Below, piece by piece: positions 25,905 through 38,155 of a DNA stretch of 64,000 bases; position 1 is the first letter of the stretch; every line of letters starts with the position of its first letter. The notes below the pieces were generated by a model. The model saw only the letters and a program-made list of their open reading frames with translations, was not told the origin of the DNA and ran no database searches. This DNA comes from Calditrichales bacterium (GTDB lineage Bacteria > Calditrichota > Calditrichia > Calditrichales > J004). The stretch is from the NCBI GenBank assembly GCA_015493745.1, contig WGCN01000023.1, positions 38,568 to 102,567 on the forward strand, read 5' to 3'. A program made the position numbers and the translations under genes.

Positions 25905-27365
25905 ATGGCTAAAAAAAAGAGATTGCTTCTAAACAATGGATTGTTGGAAGTAACCGAATTATGGGGCGGTCGTGTCGTAATGGGAGAAATACGTTACGGT
26001 AGCGCCAAAAAAACCGAGATTAAAACCAGTATACGTAATAATGGATACCGCTACGGGATTCTGGAAAGTAGCCTGGACATGCTGGAGGCCGGGCATAAAG
26101 GGCAGATTCCCATCGCTAAAGCGGAGTTGGATGAAGACCCGGGCAAGCCGTGGTTTCATTTCGAAGACGCCCTGAATGACTCCAATTTTAATACCTGGAT
26201 TGAACAGGGCAGTTTTGATTCCATAGACTTTACCTATCCGGTTAAAAAAGATGAACGACTGATGAGCCTTTCGCAAAGGCCGTATCGTTTTCTGCGTTTC
26301 CCCAATGGAGAGCAGGAGTTTATAAGTGATCTGGCCGATCGTGACATCTCTATTTACGCCGGAGAAAATACCTTTGTGAATGAACAGGGCAGCGCGGTTC
26401 ACTCTTTGATAGACGGACATGCCCACAGAAGCATATACGGTACCGTCGCCGTATATCCTCTGCGCAAAGTTAAAAACATCGGGAAAATGCATGGCCGTGT
26501 GGAGTTTGAGAATACCCTGGAGGTGGAGCAGGATGTGCGCAGCGGCTCCCGTATCTCCATACCTTCAAATCTTATCGTGCATGGGGTCATTCGCTCTTCC
26601 TATGTATATGTGGCCGGAAATATTACGGCGGAATTCGGCCTGGAAAACATGCAAAAGCTGGAACACTCCCGTATCTATTCCGGACAATCCATATTGACCA
26701 ATTCCATAAAACATTATCCTGTTTGGGCCGGTATGTTTATTATGGTACGACAGTCCATCGATCACTCCACGGTACAGGCCATAAACAGCATTGTTGCTCC
26801 TGTGGTTAACGGATCGGAGATACGTGTTGGTACTAAACTCTATTCCCGGAATATAGAGAATCGTTCCCAGATCTACCTGGGGCCCGATTATGTAGTTGAT
26901 CCGAATCTTAAAAATATAAAAAACTTTCATCGTCAGCATGAAAAGAAACTATTTGATGCCTTTATGCGCCTGGATGAAAAGCAACTGGAGGTGGAGTTTA
27001 CCAAAAAGAAAGCCCTCAGCCACCTGGCCAAGCTGAATAAGCTTTCCAAATCCAGCATATCCTCCGATGTGTTACTAAGCCGTTTTTTTGTGAATATTGA
27101 GGAAGATTTACAAAAATTCCGTCGTGAAATCGATAAGTGCCAGGAAACCCTTCTGGTTTTCCAGGAAGAGTTAAGGCAATTGAATTTTTATGAATCCCAT
27201 ACCCGTACCAATAAAAAACCGGAAATTATTGTTGTCGGGAAAATAACCCCCGGATGTACCATTCACGCCCCGCACCAAACGCTTCGTATCCGTGAGACAA
27301 TGGAACATGTATCCATCTCCCTCAATCAGGCCAGCGGCACGCTTGATATCAGCCCTCTTTCATAG
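25905..27365 (+). CDS. DUF342/FapA-like protein (divergent)
   Basis: 486 aa. Beta-helix-like repeats (LIVHGVIRSSYVYVAGNITAEFG..., VNGSEIRVGTKLYSRNI) followed by a coiled coil. Same overall layout as the clearer DUF342 at 41988. Confidence 0.55.
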   Translation: MAKKKRLLLNNGLLEVTELWGGRVVMGEIRYGSAKKTEIKTSIRNNGYRYGILESSLDMLEAGHKGQIPIAKAELDEDPGKPWFHFEDALNDSNFNTWIEQGSFDSIDFTYPVKKDERLMSLSQRPYRFLRFPNGEQEFISDLADRDISIYAGENTFVNEQGSAVHSLIDGHAHRSIYGTVAVYPLRKVKNIGKMHGRVEFENTLEVEQDVRSGSRISIPSNLIVHGVIRSSYVYVAGNITAEFGLENMQKLEHSRIYSGQSILTNSIKHYPVWAGMFIMVRQSIDHSTVQAINSIVAPVVNGSEIRVGTKLYSRNIENRSQIYLGPDYVVDPNLKNIKNFHRQHEKKLFDAFMRLDEKQLEVEFTKKKALSHLAKLNKLSKSSISSDVLLSRFFVNIEEDLQKFRREIDKCQETLLVFQEELRQLNFYESHTRTNKKPEIIVVGKITPGCTIHAPHQTLRIRETMEHVSISLNQASGTLDISPLS

Positions 27366-27462
27366 TGATATAGAATTAACCACTCTTAACATTATAGTAT
27401 AGTTTTGTTTTTGTTTTTCCGTTAATAGGAGGATAACGGTATCCTTTCTATGGAGAAAATGT

Positions 27463-29724
27463 ATGAGCAACATACTGAATGATGATAAGGAAATTCTTAT
27501 CGATTTTATAAATGAGAGCAATGAAGCGCTGGAAAAAACAGAGCTGGTCTTATTAGGTCTCGAAGAAAATCTTTCCGCCGGCGGAGAGGTTGATGAAAAC
27601 GATATCAATACCATCTTCAGAACTTTTCATTCCATTAAAGGCAGTGCCGGGTTTATAGGCCTGGTGGGTATGAATCACTTAACTCATGAAGCGGAAACAT
27701 TGCTGGACAATATACGCAAGGGAAAAACCAATCTTCAAAAAACACATATCGATATCTTTCTGGAAGTAAGTGACACTCTGATGATGATGATGAATCATCT
27801 GCATGAAAACTTTTCCGAGGAAGGTTTTCCCGGAGATATCGACGAATTAAAGCAAAGAATCATCAAACTGATAGAAGAGACGGCGCCGGTTGCCCCAAAA
27901 GATAAATCCCGTGGCGGGGCCGGTAAAAAAACAAAATCTTCCGCTAAATCCTCCGGGAAGACAAAAGAGGAAGAAAAGCCGGCCGTGACGGATAGCATGG
28001 TAGACGCTCTGATCTCACCCGAATTGGTTAAACAGTTTGTCGTTGATGCCTCGGAATTGCTTGATGGCATGGAGCAGGATCTGCTTGCCCTGGAAAAAGC
28101 GCCGGATACCATGGAACTGATAGAAAGTGTTTTTAGAAACATGCACAGCCTGAAGGGAAATGCCGGTTTTTTTAACTATAGTGACATCAGCCAGGTTTGT
28201 CACCAGGCGGAGACTTTTTTGGATATGGTGCGTTCCGGCAATGTTCAGGCGGAGTCTAACCAGATATCCCTGATTTTGCAGGTGTTGGATTTCCTGCGCA
28301 TCGCCATCGAAAATCTTGATAACGGTAAACCGCCGGTCATTAGTGGTAAAATCGGCTTACTCGATCTGATGACCGATGTTTTTGCCCTGGATACGACGGA
28401 AGAGCCGGAAACGAATGAGACTCCTTCAAAAGAGGAAGTGAAGCGGGCTGCCGAAGAGAATAATGAACAAAAGCCTGAAGTAAAGGCCGTTAAGGACGCA
28501 ACTCAGGTGAAAAGCAAGCCGGTGGCCAAGCCCAGTGTAAAGCCGCACTCTTCCATGAGCGATGTAATCCGGGTTGATGTGGAAAAACTCAATAAACTCA
28601 TGAACCTGGTGGGCGAAATTGTTATATCGGAATCCATGGTTTCCCATAATCCCGATCTCCGCGGACTGGAACTGGAAAGCGTGGAGAAATCGATAAGTTA
28701 TTTGCAGAAAAACGTGCGGGAATTGCAGGAATTAGCCACGGCCATGCGTATGATTCCCCTGAATGGTCTGTTTAGCAAGATGAAACGACTGATACGTGAT
28801 CTGGCGACCAAGAACGGTAAGAAGATAGACCTGATAATAAATGGTGGAGAAACAGAAGTAGACCGCTCCGTGCTGGAACATATATCCGACCCTCTGGTGC
28901 ATATCCTGAGAAATTCGGCGGATCATGGTATTGAAGTTCCCGAAGCCCGGAAGAAGCGGGGAAAAACGGAAACCGGACGGATTGAACTTTCTGCCAAACA
29001 GGTCGGGGGGGAAATATGGATTGTTGTCGAGGATGACGGCAACGGTTTGAACAGGGAAAAAATTCTGAACAAGGCGTTGGAGAAGGGGCTTATAACGGAA
29101 AACGATATGGATATGCCCGATGAAAAGGTCTGGAACCTCATCTTTCAGCCCGGATTCTCCACAGCGGACCAGGTATCTGATATTTCCGGACGCGGCGTGG
29201 GGATGGATGTGGTGGTGCGTAACGTGGAAAAAATTCGCGGACGGGTGGAAGTGGACAGCATGGACGGCAAGGGCACACGCGTTAACCTGCGCATCCCCTT
29301 AACCACGGCCATCGTGGATGGCATGCTGATGCGTGTGGAAGAGACCATTTATGCCATTCCCACCCTGGATATCAAAGAGTCCCTGCAGGTCGGTGATCAG
29401 CATGTCGTGGACTTAATGGATGGTCAGGAAGTTATAAAAATACGCGAGCAGTTAATTCCGATTCTACGCCTGCATGAGTTGCATGAGCTGAGCTTTAAAG
29501 CAAAACCCCTGTCCGAAGGCATTGTGGTGGTGACGGAAAAAGGGCCGCAGGGCATAGGCTTTCTGGTTGATGAAATTTTGGGCCAGCAGCAGTTGGTGAT
29601 CAAGCCCCTGCCCGGCTATCTGGGCAATATAAGAGGGGTCTCCGGCTGTGCCGTGTTGGGCAATGGCGAGATATGTCTTATTCTTGATCTGAGTAATTTA
29701 ATAAAAATGGTGGAAGTTAAGTAG
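27463..29724 (+). CDS. cheA: Chemotaxis histidine kinase CheA with two HPt domains
   Basis: 753 aa. HPt1 [13 protein letters not shown]; HPt2 [13 protein letters not shown]; dimerisation region; HATPase ([27 protein letters not shown]); C-terminal CheW-like domain. Confidence 0.9.
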   Translation: MSNILNDDKEILIDFINESNEALEKTELVLLGLEENLSAGGEVDENDINTIFRTFHSIKGSAGFIGLVGMNHLTHEAETLLDNIRKGKTNLQKTHIDIFLEVSDTLMMMMNHLHENFSEEGFPGDIDELKQRIIKLIEETAPVAPKDKSRGGAGKKTKSSAKSSGKTKEEEKPAVTDSMVDALISPELVKQFVVDASELLDGMEQDLLALEKAPDTMELIESVFRNMHSLKGNAGFFNYSDISQVCHQAETFLDMVRSGNVQAESNQISLILQVLDFLRIAIENLDNGKPPVISGKIGLLDLMTDVFALDTTEEPETNETPSKEEVKRAAEENNEQKPEVKAVKDATQVKSKPVAKPSVKPHSSMSDVIRVDVEKLNKLMNLVGEIVISESMVSHNPDLRGLELESVEKSISYLQKNVRELQELATAMRMIPLNGLFSKMKRLIRDLATKNGKKIDLIINGGETEVDRSVLEHISDPLVHILRNSADHGIEVPEARKKRGKTETGRIELSAKQVGGEIWIVVEDDGNGLNREKILNKALEKGLITENDMDMPDEKVWNLIFQPGFSTADQVSDISGRGVGMDVVVRNVEKIRGRVEVDSMDGKGTRVNLRIPLTTAIVDGMLMRVEETIYAIPTLDIKESLQVGDQHVVDLMDGQEVIKIREQLIPILRLHELHELSFKAKPLSEGIVVVTEKGPQGIGFLVDEILGQQQLVIKPLPGYLGNIRGVSGCAVLGNGEICLILDLSNLIKMVEVK

Positions 29725-29732
29725 GAGTCAGT

Positions 29733-31460
29733 ATGTTTTCATTTTTTAAGAACAAGTCCCCGGCATCACCTCCGGATTCCACCGCAGCCGGTTTTACGGA
29801 AGTAAAACTCCGGCGCCGGAAACGTACCTATCCTCCGGGAAGGATCACGGTGAGCGATGCTGAAATACGCGAGGAAATAAAATTCCTGGGCTTAAGTGAA
29901 CATGATCTGGGCGTCGTGTCTGCCTGGAAAGACGTGGCTATGGAAAACATGGAAGAGCTTATTGACGCTTTCTACGGCCATGTCCAGAAATTCCCGAAAA
30001 CCAAAGATATCCTCAACAAGCACTCTTCGGTGGAACGGCAGCGTCCCTTGCTGACCCGCTATGTACAAACACTTTTTTCCGGTATTATTGATGATGACTA
30101 CCTGGAGTCCCGCAAGCGGGTAGGGATTGTGCATGAACGTATTGACCTGAGCTCCACCTATTATATTGCCATGTATGAAACAATACGTTCCGTTTTTATC
30201 GGTACCCTCAAGGATATATGCGCCTCGGAAGAAGAGATTCAGGATTTCAGTGAATCTTTCAATCGTCTGATTCAGGTGGACACCGCCCTGACCATCCGTG
30301 CTTTCAATACGGCGCGACTGGAAAAAGTTGAATGCGAACGAACAAAACAAGCGGAACTGCTGAGGAATTTAAAAAATGAAGTACTGAATATCTCGGAAAG
30401 TGCCCATAAAGGGCGCCTGTCGGAGAGAATCGATTCTCAAAAGTATGAAGAGGAAGTACGTGAAGTGCTGGACTCTTTGAATGAGATGATGGATGTCATA
30501 CTCAAACCGGTAAACGAAGCGTTAACCGTCTTAAAGGAAATGGCCCGGGGCAATCTGGATGTCAGAATGCGTGGTGATTATCAGGGAGATCATCAACAAC
30601 TGCAGCAGGCGTTGAACACAACCATTGATAAACAAAACGAATTGTTGTGGTCCATCTCCTCCGCCGTAAAACAGGTGGCCAGCGGTTCTTCGCAGGTTTC
30701 GGATGTGTCGCAATCACTTTCCCAAAGCACGACGGAACAGGCCAGTTCCCTGCAGGAAATTACGGCCTCGTTAACGGAGATAGACGGGCAGGTTCATCAG
30801 AATGCCGACAACTCTGAACAGGCGCATAAGCTGAGCCGGGAAACACAACAAAAGGGCGAGCAGGGCAAGGAACGCATGGCCCGTATGTCCGAGGCGATGG
30901 ATGAAGTGAAAAAATCTTCGGATCAGATCGGTAAGATTATAAAAGTGATTGATGAAATTGCTTTCCAGACCAATCTGCTGGCTCTGAACGCCGCCGTGGA
31001 AGCCGCGCGCGCGGGGGTTCACGGAAAAGGATTTGCCGTGGTGGCCGAGGAGGTACGCAACCTGGCACAGCGTAGCGCCAGGGCCGCCAAAGAAACCACC
31101 GAGTTGATCGAAGGCAATAATGATAAAGTGAACAACGGTATCCGCTTTGCCGGTGAGACCTCCGTGGTATTTAATGAAATCGTAAACGCCATTGATAAAA
31201 TAAGTGTATTGATTGATGAGATATCCATGGCCTCGCGGGAACAAAGCCAGGGCTTGAAAGAAATGAATGCCGGCCTGTCACAAATTGACCGGGTCACCCA
31301 GGATAATACCGCCCTGTCGGAAGAGAGTGCCGCCGCGGCCGAACAACTGTCATCCCAGGCCGAGGAACTTAAAAACCTTGTTTCCCGCTTCAGGCTGGGG
31401 AAGGGCCATGCCTCGCGCGGAGAAGATGAGAGAAGCACAACAATTTTTGAATATAATTAA
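29733..31460 (+). CDS. Soluble globin-coupled methyl-accepting chemotaxis protein (HemAT-like)
   Basis: 575 aa with no TM segment. N-terminal sensor-globin pattern: LGLSEHDL...[12 protein letters not shown]...[22 protein letters not shown]-terminal MCP tip [42 protein letters not shown]. Confidence 0.8.
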   Translation: MFSFFKNKSPASPPDSTAAGFTEVKLRRRKRTYPPGRITVSDAEIREEIKFLGLSEHDLGVVSAWKDVAMENMEELIDAFYGHVQKFPKTKDILNKHSSVERQRPLLTRYVQTLFSGIIDDDYLESRKRVGIVHERIDLSSTYYIAMYETIRSVFIGTLKDICASEEEIQDFSESFNRLIQVDTALTIRAFNTARLEKVECERTKQAELLRNLKNEVLNISESAHKGRLSERIDSQKYEEEVREVLDSLNEMMDVILKPVNEALTVLKEMARGNLDVRMRGDYQGDHQQLQQALNTTIDKQNELLWSISSAVKQVASGSSQVSDVSQSLSQSTTEQASSLQEITASLTEIDGQVHQNADNSEQAHKLSRETQQKGEQGKERMARMSEAMDEVKKSSDQIGKIIKVIDEIAFQTNLLALNAAVEAARAGVHGKGFAVVAEEVRNLAQRSARAAKETTELIEGNNDKVNNGIRFAGETSVVFNEIVNAIDKISVLIDEISMASREQSQGLKEMNAGLSQIDRVTQDNTALSEESAAAAEQLSSQAEELKNLVSRFRLGKGHASRGEDERSTTIFEYN

Positions 31461-31474
31461 AACAGGAGTGGAGA

Positions 31475-31978
31475 ATGGAAGCAGTAGAAGAAGCTGTTGT
31501 TTTGGAAACGAGTGACAACGCTTATAGTGAAGGACAATTTTTAACCTTTATGATTGGCGAGCAGCAATACGGGGTGGAGATAAAATATGTAACCGAAATC
31601 ATCGGTATACAGAATATAACCGATCTTCCCGACTTACCCCATTTTATGAAAGGAATCATCAACCTGCGCGGCAAGGTTATTCCGGTTGTGGATGTACGTC
31701 TTCGCTTTGGAATGGAAGAGCGCGCCTATGATGAACGCACATGTATTATCGTGGTGAGCATCAATGATACCAATGTCGGTCTGGTTGTGGATACCGTGGC
31801 CGAGGTTATGAATATTCCCGCGGAGAATATTGAGCCGCCGCCCAAGGTGAACAGCCGGGCCAATGGAAACCGTTTTATCCACGGATTGGGCAAGGTACAG
31901 GACAATGTACAGATTCTGCTCGATACGCAAAAACTTCTCTTCGATGAAGAGCTGGAACAACTGACAGCAATAACATAG
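31475..31978 (+). CDS. cheW: Chemotaxis coupling protein CheW
   Basis: 167 aa. FLTFMIGEQQYGVEIKYVTEI...GIINLRGKVIPVVDVRLRFG. Confidence 0.9.
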   Translation: MEAVEEAVVLETSDNAYSEGQFLTFMIGEQQYGVEIKYVTEIIGIQNITDLPDLPHFMKGIINLRGKVIPVVDVRLRFGMEERAYDERTCIIVVSINDTNVGLVVDTVAEVMNIPAENIEPPPKVNSRANGNRFIHGLGKVQDNVQILLDTQKLLFDEELEQLTAIT

Positions 31979-32023
31979 GGTGGCCGCGGCTTGCTCCAGT
32001 AGTTGGCCGGGCCAGAAGTTAAG

Positions 32024-33871
32024 ATGACAATAGGAAAAAAATTCAGAATATTTTGCACCGCTTTTGGCCTGGTGGTGTTGACGGCGGCCGTGGTGGGTCT
32101 GACCGTTTCGGAAGGCTATGAGACCTTTATTTACGGGCTGGCCTTTTCCATTATAATGCTTATAACGGTTGGTTATGGCATGTTGGCTAAAATGCTTTTA
32201 TCGCCTTTGGCCGTTTTTGAGGCGCGGGCGCGACAAATAGCTGAGGGCGATCTGGACTGCCGCATTCCCTTTGAGGGTAACGATGAGCTGGGCAGCCTGG
32301 CGGCTTCCATAAACAGCATGGTGGACAGGCTCAACCGCAACCATAAAGAAGATCAGGGCTATATCCATGAGGTGGAACAGGTTTTGACCGATGTTTCGCA
32401 GCTGGTGGATGAACTGAAGAACGGCCGGCTGAACAGGCGGACAACGGTGACGACCTCATATGAAAATCTGCGCGATCTGCAGAATGGTCTTAATGATGCC
32501 ATTGATACCCTGGTGACGCCCATAATTCAGACAAGTACCCTGCTGGAAGAATATGCCCGGGGCAACCTGCAGCGCAACATGGTACAGCTTCCCGGTGAAC
32601 TGTTTGAACTAACGCGGGCCATCTCCGATATACGTCTAAACCTGAGCAACCTGACGGAAGATAGTAAAAAACTGGCTTCTGCCGCCCTGGAGGGTGACTT
32701 TTCCATCAAAGGGGAAGCGGACAGGTATAGCGGGCAATACCGGGAAGTTATCGATGCCCTGAATCAGCTTTTTGAACACATGCTGAAACCCCTGCATGAG
32801 GCGGACAGTATTATCGCGGAACTTTCCAAAGGCAATTTTGCCGTTTACTCACAGGGACGTTATCGTGGGGAGCATGCCCGTCTGCATGAAACCCTGAACC
32901 GTACCATCACCGACTTTAACCGTCTGCTGGGACAAATATCCGCTCTCAGCCGTCAGATAAATGATGGCGTATCTCAAATAGCCGAGAATAATGAGTCCCT
33001 GGCCCATGGCGCCACCCGTCAGGCCGCTTCCATTCAACAAATCTCCTCCGCTATTGAAGAACTGACCAATAAAACGCATTATAATTCGGAAAATGCCGAC
33101 CAGGCCAATAATCTGGTCCGTAAAACAAAATCCTTTACGGAGTCGGGTAATGCGCGTATGCACGAAATGTTGAATGCCATGAATGAAATCAGCGGCTCTT
33201 CGGAAAAAATATCAAAGATTATCAATTCCATAGAAGAGATTGCCTTTCAGACCAATCTGCTGGCTCTGAATGCCGCCGTGGAAGCAGCCCGGGCCGGTGT
33301 GCATGGCAAGGGCTTTGCCGTTGTCGCGGAAGAAGTACGTAACCTGGCCCAACGAAGTGCCCGGGCGGCCAATGAGACCACGGAACTGATCGAAGATACG
33401 GTAAGCAAGGTACAAAACGGGACAAAAATCGCCAACGAGACAGCGGGAGCTCTTGAACAAATTAGCGGTCAAATCAGTAAGGTTTCCGATTTGGTTCAGG
33501 AGATTACCCACTCCTCCAAAGAGCAGACGGAAAATATAGTCGAAATTCAAAGCAGCATCCGTGAAATCGATGGGGTGACCCAGGAAAATACGGCCAGTGC
33601 CGAGGAAAGCGCCGCCACTTCGCAGGAAATGGCGTCACATGTAAAACGTCTGCAACAGATGATGGCCCGCTTTAAGCTGGATCCGCGTTTTTTATCTCAA
33701 ACTCTTCCTGCCCGTGTAGCTCCGGCGGCGGATGATATAAAGGAAACATTTACCACGCAGACGGCATCAGGAAAAGAACATAAAAGCGCCCCGGTTGGGG
33801 CTCAGGAAGCAGGCGGCGAAAGTGAGGCCATTAATATTGAACTTGATGATCATGAATTCGGTGAGTTCTGA
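32024..33871 (+). CDS. Methyl-accepting chemotaxis protein, membrane-anchored, multi-HAMP
   Basis: Two N-terminal TM helices with almost no periplasmic loop, repeated HAMP-like segments, and the same MCP tip class as 29733. The ORF-track start at 32003 is TTG; the ATG at 32024 is preferred. Confidence 0.85.
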   Translation: MTIGKKFRIFCTAFGLVVLTAAVVGLTVSEGYETFIYGLAFSIIMLITVGYGMLAKMLLSPLAVFEARARQIAEGDLDCRIPFEGNDELGSLAASINSMVDRLNRNHKEDQGYIHEVEQVLTDVSQLVDELKNGRLNRRTTVTTSYENLRDLQNGLNDAIDTLVTPIIQTSTLLEEYARGNLQRNMVQLPGELFELTRAISDIRLNLSNLTEDSKKLASAALEGDFSIKGEADRYSGQYREVIDALNQLFEHMLKPLHEADSIIAELSKGNFAVYSQGRYRGEHARLHETLNRTITDFNRLLGQISALSRQINDGVSQIAENNESLAHGATRQAASIQQISSAIEELTNKTHYNSENADQANNLVRKTKSFTESGNARMHEMLNAMNEISGSSEKISKIINSIEEIAFQTNLLALNAAVEAARAGVHGKGFAVVAEEVRNLAQRSARAANETTELIEDTVSKVQNGTKIANETAGALEQISGQISKVSDLVQEITHSSKEQTENIVEIQSSIREIDGVTQENTASAEESAATSQEMASHVKRLQQMMARFKLDPRFLSQTLPARVAPAADDIKETFTTQTASGKEHKSAPVGAQEAGGESEAINIELDDHEFGEF

Positions 33872-34551
33872 TTGCCGGCAAGCCCTTTGCCCTGCTGCTA
33901 ACCCGGGTGACCGGCGAAATGTACAATGGATGGGTCTTTGTGCCGATCCTTTCTCCTTTTAACGATAGCCATTAGATTGGCCGGACAGGGTTTGTATGTT
34001 TTTTCCCTCCGATACTTTCCCCGTTTCCGGGGAGCGGCCGTGCCCCGGTGGCATACAAAGAAAACTCCGTATTAAAGAAAAAATGAATGGGAACAGATAA
34101 AAACTCTATGCCGCCTTGGTGGGTAATACCTGTTTATGAGGGAATGATGGCGGCGGCAACGCTGTTCCAACAAAGCGGGCAACCGGTTTGCCGGTAACTC
34201 TTAACGTAAATATGCGCATCTGCCGGATGGCAATAGGTCTGTTCAAGCCTATGAATCCGCTTATTCTTCATCCCCCGTTATGTGATCTCCTGGCTAAAGG
34301 GCAAGCCCGTTTTAATACAAAAACAACAACGGAAAAGCGGGCCATCGTTGTCTTGAGAACCCGTGTGGAGGGGTTCAGATTCCCGGAAAAATAGTACATA
34401 CGGATCGGAATTTGTCTTAAGCCGGGTTCATTTTTCGTCATCTCCGAACGATTGGTTTAAAAATAGTCACCTGTAAACTTTTCATCAAGAGTTGTTTGAT
34501 ATCACTCGAATAATGGGGTGTAAATTAATTTAAATCATGGAGGATTTAATA

Positions 34552-35088
34552 ATGCGCAAGGTAACGATAACACTGATATTGCTGTTTACTTTTCTCAGCG
34601 GTCAGCTGTGGGCCAAGAATGCTACGGCGGCCCAGTTTTTATATATGGTTAGCAAGGTACTTCCGGAGAAAAAGAATGTTTCCATATTCTTACCGGCCGA
34701 ACTACTCTCCAGGGAAAAGCCGAAAATTGAGCGGGCGGCGGCAACATTTGGTCTTAAGGTAAAATTATTTCTAATAGAAACCGCACGCTCCCTGGGGGAG
34801 GGCTTTAAGCAGATAAAAAATGATGAGGTGCTTATCGTGTATGAGTCCGACGTGACCAGCGTTAAAAGCAGCCGTTTGTTTATTCTGAAAAAGTGTAAGG
34901 AACGCAACATCCCGGTGGTGACGCCGATGGAGGAGTACAGCAAGGCCGGCGCCTTTTTGGGCATCATTGTCAATGAAAAGTTTAAAATGAAGGACCTGTT
35001 GGTCAACGTACAAAACTATGCCGAGTATGCCCCAAAGTTTACGGAAGAATTTAATGTGGCAATTGGTGTAACCCAGGTAATCAAATAA
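34552..35088 (+). CDS. Exported hypothetical protein, YfiR/DUF4154-like (tentative)
   Basis: GGAGG 8 nt upstream of the ATG. Signal peptide [34 protein letters not shown] and the C-terminal [22 protein letters not shown] resemble the YfiR pattern, judged from memory only. Confidence 0.4.
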   Translation: MRKVTITLILLFTFLSGQLWAKNATAAQFLYMVSKVLPEKKNVSIFLPAELLSREKPKIERAAATFGLKVKLFLIETARSLGEGFKQIKNDEVLIVYESDVTSVKSSRLFILKKCKERNIPVVTPMEEYSKAGAFLGIIVNEKFKMKDLLVNVQNYAEYAPKFTEEFNVAIGVTQVIK

Positions 35089-35108
35089 ATATCAACGAGG
35101 GGTTTTTG

Positions 35109-37301
35109 ATGAAGTACAGTCAGTTGCAGCTAAAAGGGAAGATGTTGGCGGTATTCGTACCGGCCTTAATTGTTATGATTGGGGTGGGTCTGACCATTAT
35201 CAATAGTATAACCAGCAACGCGTTGGATCAGAATTTAAAGCGGTCCATTGAAATTGTAAGCAATATTGCCGCCGGGAGTGTGGAAACCGGCCTGGAGTTT
35301 GCCGACAATGAAACCGTGGCTTCCGCTCTGAAAAACTTTACCGAAGATGATCAGGTTTCCTACCTCGAAGTCAGAAATGCCGATGGAGAAAATGTTTACC
35401 AGTTCCGGCGAGACGGTTTTGAAGACCTTGCGGGTAAGGATCTGTCCTCCTATGAATCCGATGACGAAATATTCAGCAGCAAACCGGTTCTGTCCGGGAA
35501 AGAGAAAATCGGACAGGTCACGGTCGGTATATCCCTGCAGGCGCGGAATGAGGCCCTGAGCTATGCCAAGAATATTTTCTTTTTACTCTCGGCCGGAGGT
35601 GTTATCCTGCTGGCCCTGCTGTTACTGGTTCTGTCCGGTCACTTTAGCCGCCCCATCCGCCAACTGGCCGAAATCGCCCGCAGCTTAAGCGAAGGGGATG
35701 TTGACCAAAATGTGGATTTTAGGAGTGGTGATGAGCTGGGCACCCTGGCGGACGCCTTCCGGGATATGATTGCCAGCATGAAAGAGAAAGCGCATATCGC
35801 CGATGAGATATCCCAGGGTAATATTGATGTCGAGTTTGATAATCTGCACAAAAATGATATGGTGGGCCAGGCCATGCAAGCCATGAAGCGGCGTATCGGT
35901 TATATGGTGCGTGATGTTCATATGCTGGTACAATCCGCCCTGGAAGGTGATTTGAAAAAACGTGCCGATGCCGAGATGCATCGCGGGGAATTTGCCGAGA
36001 TCATCCGCGGGGTGAATAAAACCCTGGATGCCTTTAATGAGCCGGTAAGCCTGGCGGCGGAATATATTGCCCATATTGCCAAGGGAGATATTCCCGAGCC
36101 GATAGCCCGGAATTTCAAGGGTGATTTTGCCCCCTTGATGGACAATCTCAATAAATCCATCGCCGCCATAAAAAAACTTATCGATGACGCCCGTCTGACG
36201 GCCCGTTATGCCCTGGAGGGCAATCTCAGCTTCCGGGCCGATGTGGAAGATCACAGCGGTGACTACCGGAAAATCATCGAAGGGCTGAATGATACCGTGG
36301 AGGCAACCATCGCTCCCATCAATGAGGCCATTAATATTTTGGAGCACCTGGGGCAGGGGAACTTTACCGTTGAAATGACCGGTGACTATAAGGGAGATCA
36401 CGCCCGTCTGAAGGAGGCCCTCAATAAAACCATTGAAAATATCAGCAATACATTGCAACGGGTTTCCAGCGCATCCGATCAGGTCAATTCCAACGCGGTG
36501 CAGGTATCGGCCTCCAGTCAGTCCGTTTCCGAAGGGGCCTCGGATCAGGCCAGTTCCCTGGAAGAGATTGGCGCCTCCATGGTGGAAATCAGCAGCCAGT
36601 CCAAGCGCAACGCCGAGAATGCATTAAATGCCAAGAATATTTCCGAGAGTTCCCGGGCATCCGCAGAAGAGGGTAACCATCAAATGACGGAGATGCTGGA
36701 AGCCATGAACGAAATCAACAGCTCCTCCAATGAGATATCGCGTATCATCAAGGTGATAGATGAAATTGCCTTTCAGACCAATCTTCTGGCTTTAAACGCG
36801 GCGGTGGAAGCGGCCCGCGCCGGCGTGCATGGCAAGGGCTTTGCCGTGGTGGCCGAGGAAGTACGCAACCTGGCCCAGCGCAGTGCCAAGGCCGCCCGGG
36901 AAACCACCGAGCTTATCGAAGAATCGGTGAGCCGGGTGGAAAAAGGCACTCATATCGCCTCCCAGACGGCGGAAGCGATCAACTCCATCATCCGTGGCAT
37001 TACCGAATCCACCGATCTGATAACGGAAATTAACGCCTCATCGCAGGAGCAGGTATCGGCCATTGAAGAGGTTAATAATGCCTTGCAGCAAATCGATCGT
37101 GTTACACAGTCCAATACCGCCTATGCCGAGCAAAGCGCGGCCACGGCGGCGGAACTCTCCGCTGAAGCCGATAGACTGCGTTCGCTGATACGGAATTTTA
37201 CACTAAGAAACAGCGGGGAAGAATCCGCCTTTGAGGGGGAGACCGCCGATGCCGATTCCTTTGGTGAAAAGTGGGATGCTTTTCCGGGTGGGATGAATTA
37301 A
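35109..37301 (+). CDS. Methyl-accepting chemotaxis protein with a periplasmic sensor and a poly-HAMP array
   Basis: TM1 [20 protein letters not shown], a ~130-aa periplasmic domain, TM2, several HAMP-like repeats, and MCP tip [42 protein letters not shown]. Confidence 0.85.
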   Translation: MKYSQLQLKGKMLAVFVPALIVMIGVGLTIINSITSNALDQNLKRSIEIVSNIAAGSVETGLEFADNETVASALKNFTEDDQVSYLEVRNADGENVYQFRRDGFEDLAGKDLSSYESDDEIFSSKPVLSGKEKIGQVTVGISLQARNEALSYAKNIFFLLSAGGVILLALLLLVLSGHFSRPIRQLAEIARSLSEGDVDQNVDFRSGDELGTLADAFRDMIASMKEKAHIADEISQGNIDVEFDNLHKNDMVGQAMQAMKRRIGYMVRDVHMLVQSALEGDLKKRADAEMHRGEFAEIIRGVNKTLDAFNEPVSLAAEYIAHIAKGDIPEPIARNFKGDFAPLMDNLNKSIAAIKKLIDDARLTARYALEGNLSFRADVEDHSGDYRKIIEGLNDTVEATIAPINEAINILEHLGQGNFTVEMTGDYKGDHARLKEALNKTIENISNTLQRVSSASDQVNSNAVQVSASSQSVSEGASDQASSLEEIGASMVEISSQSKRNAENALNAKNISESSRASAEEGNHQMTEMLEAMNEINSSSNEISRIIKVIDEIAFQTNLLALNAAVEAARAGVHGKGFAVVAEEVRNLAQRSAKAARETTELIEESVSRVEKGTHIASQTAEAINSIIRGITESTDLITEINASSQEQVSAIEEVNNALQQIDRVTQSNTAYAEQSAATAAELSAEADRLRSLIRNFTLRNSGEESAFEGETADADSFGEKWDAFPGGMN

Positions 37302-37303
37302 AG

Positions 37304-38155
37304 ATGGAAGCCATGGTCTCTCAGGATATTATTCTTACTCATCAGGAGTATAAAAAAATCGCCCGGCTGGTGTATGACCGTTTCGGCATACACCTGGGGG
37401 ACAAAAAGGAGTCCCTCGTAAGCAACCGCTTACGCAAGGTGTTGCAGGCCGGGGGGTTTGCAACGTTTGACAAATATTATCAGCACCTGATCACCGACCG
37501 CAGCGGTAAGGCGCTGGATGTGTTAATCAATAAGATATCCACCAACCTGACCTTTTTCGGGCGGGAGGCGGAACATTTTCTCTATTTAAAAGATACGGTT
37601 ATTCCCGCTTTTTTAGCATCAGGTGTTTTTAAAAGCGATAAAAAACTGCGTATCTGGTGTGCCGGATGTTCCACCGGGGAAGAGGCCTATACCCTGGCGA
37701 TTTCCGCCCGGGAAGCCCTGCGACAGGCCCGGGCCGATATTGATTTCGCTGTATTGGCCACGGATATTTCCGGGCGGGCGCTTGCCGTTGCCGAAAAGGG
37801 GATCTATAACGCGGAAAATGTTGAAAAGATGGATCGCGCCTGGCTGAAAAAATATTACAGTAAAACCGATGGCGATACCTTCGCTGTTAATCGTGAGATC
37901 AGAGAGAAGGTGCTGTTTCGCAGACTGAACCTGATGCGCCCGGAATTTCCTTTTAAAAACAGATTCCATGTTATCTTTTGCCGCAATGTGATGATCTATT
38001 TTGATCAAAAAACACGCCAGGAACTGACGGTCAAGTTCCATAAATATATACATGATGAGGGATATCTCTTTATCGGCCATTCCGAGAGTCTGGGGCGGGA
38101 TAATGCCTATTTCTCATATGTAAAGCCCGCTGTTTACAAAAGGAGTAAAGGATGA
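37304..38155 (+). CDS. cheR: Chemotaxis methyltransferase CheR
   Basis: Start taken at MEAMVSQ, just after the MCP stop. SAM motif RIWCAGCSTGEEAYTLA; ATDIS; IFCRNVMIYFD. Confidence 0.9.
   Translation: MEAMVSQDIILTHQEYKKIARLVYDRFGIHLGDKKESLVSNRLRKVLQAGGFATFDKYYQHLITDRSGKALDVLINKISTNLTFFGREAEHFLYLKDTVIPAFLASGVFKSDKKLRIWCAGCSTGEEAYTLAISAREALRQARADIDFAVLATDISGRALAVAEKGIYNAENVEKMDRAWLKKYYSKTDGDTFAVNREIREKVLFRRLNLMRPEFPFKNRFHVIFCRNVMIYFDQKTRQELTVKFHKYIHDEGYLFIGHSESLGRDNAYFSYVKPAVYKRSKG

Noticed and set aside
34100-34200. Possible c-di-GMP (GEMM) riboswitch suggested by acaaagcgggcaaccgg
   Set aside because: The GGCAAACC-like and GCAAAGC-like elements are in the wrong order and lack the flanking helices.
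34134-34394. A 68-aa plus-strand ORF (34188..34394) and a 45-aa minus-strand ORF with a C-H...C-P-L-C pattern (34134..34271) in the che operon gap
   Set aside because: Neither has a usable RBS, and the plus-strand ORF has implausible composition. The Cys/His pattern alone is insufficient to call a zinc-ribbon or transposase remnant.
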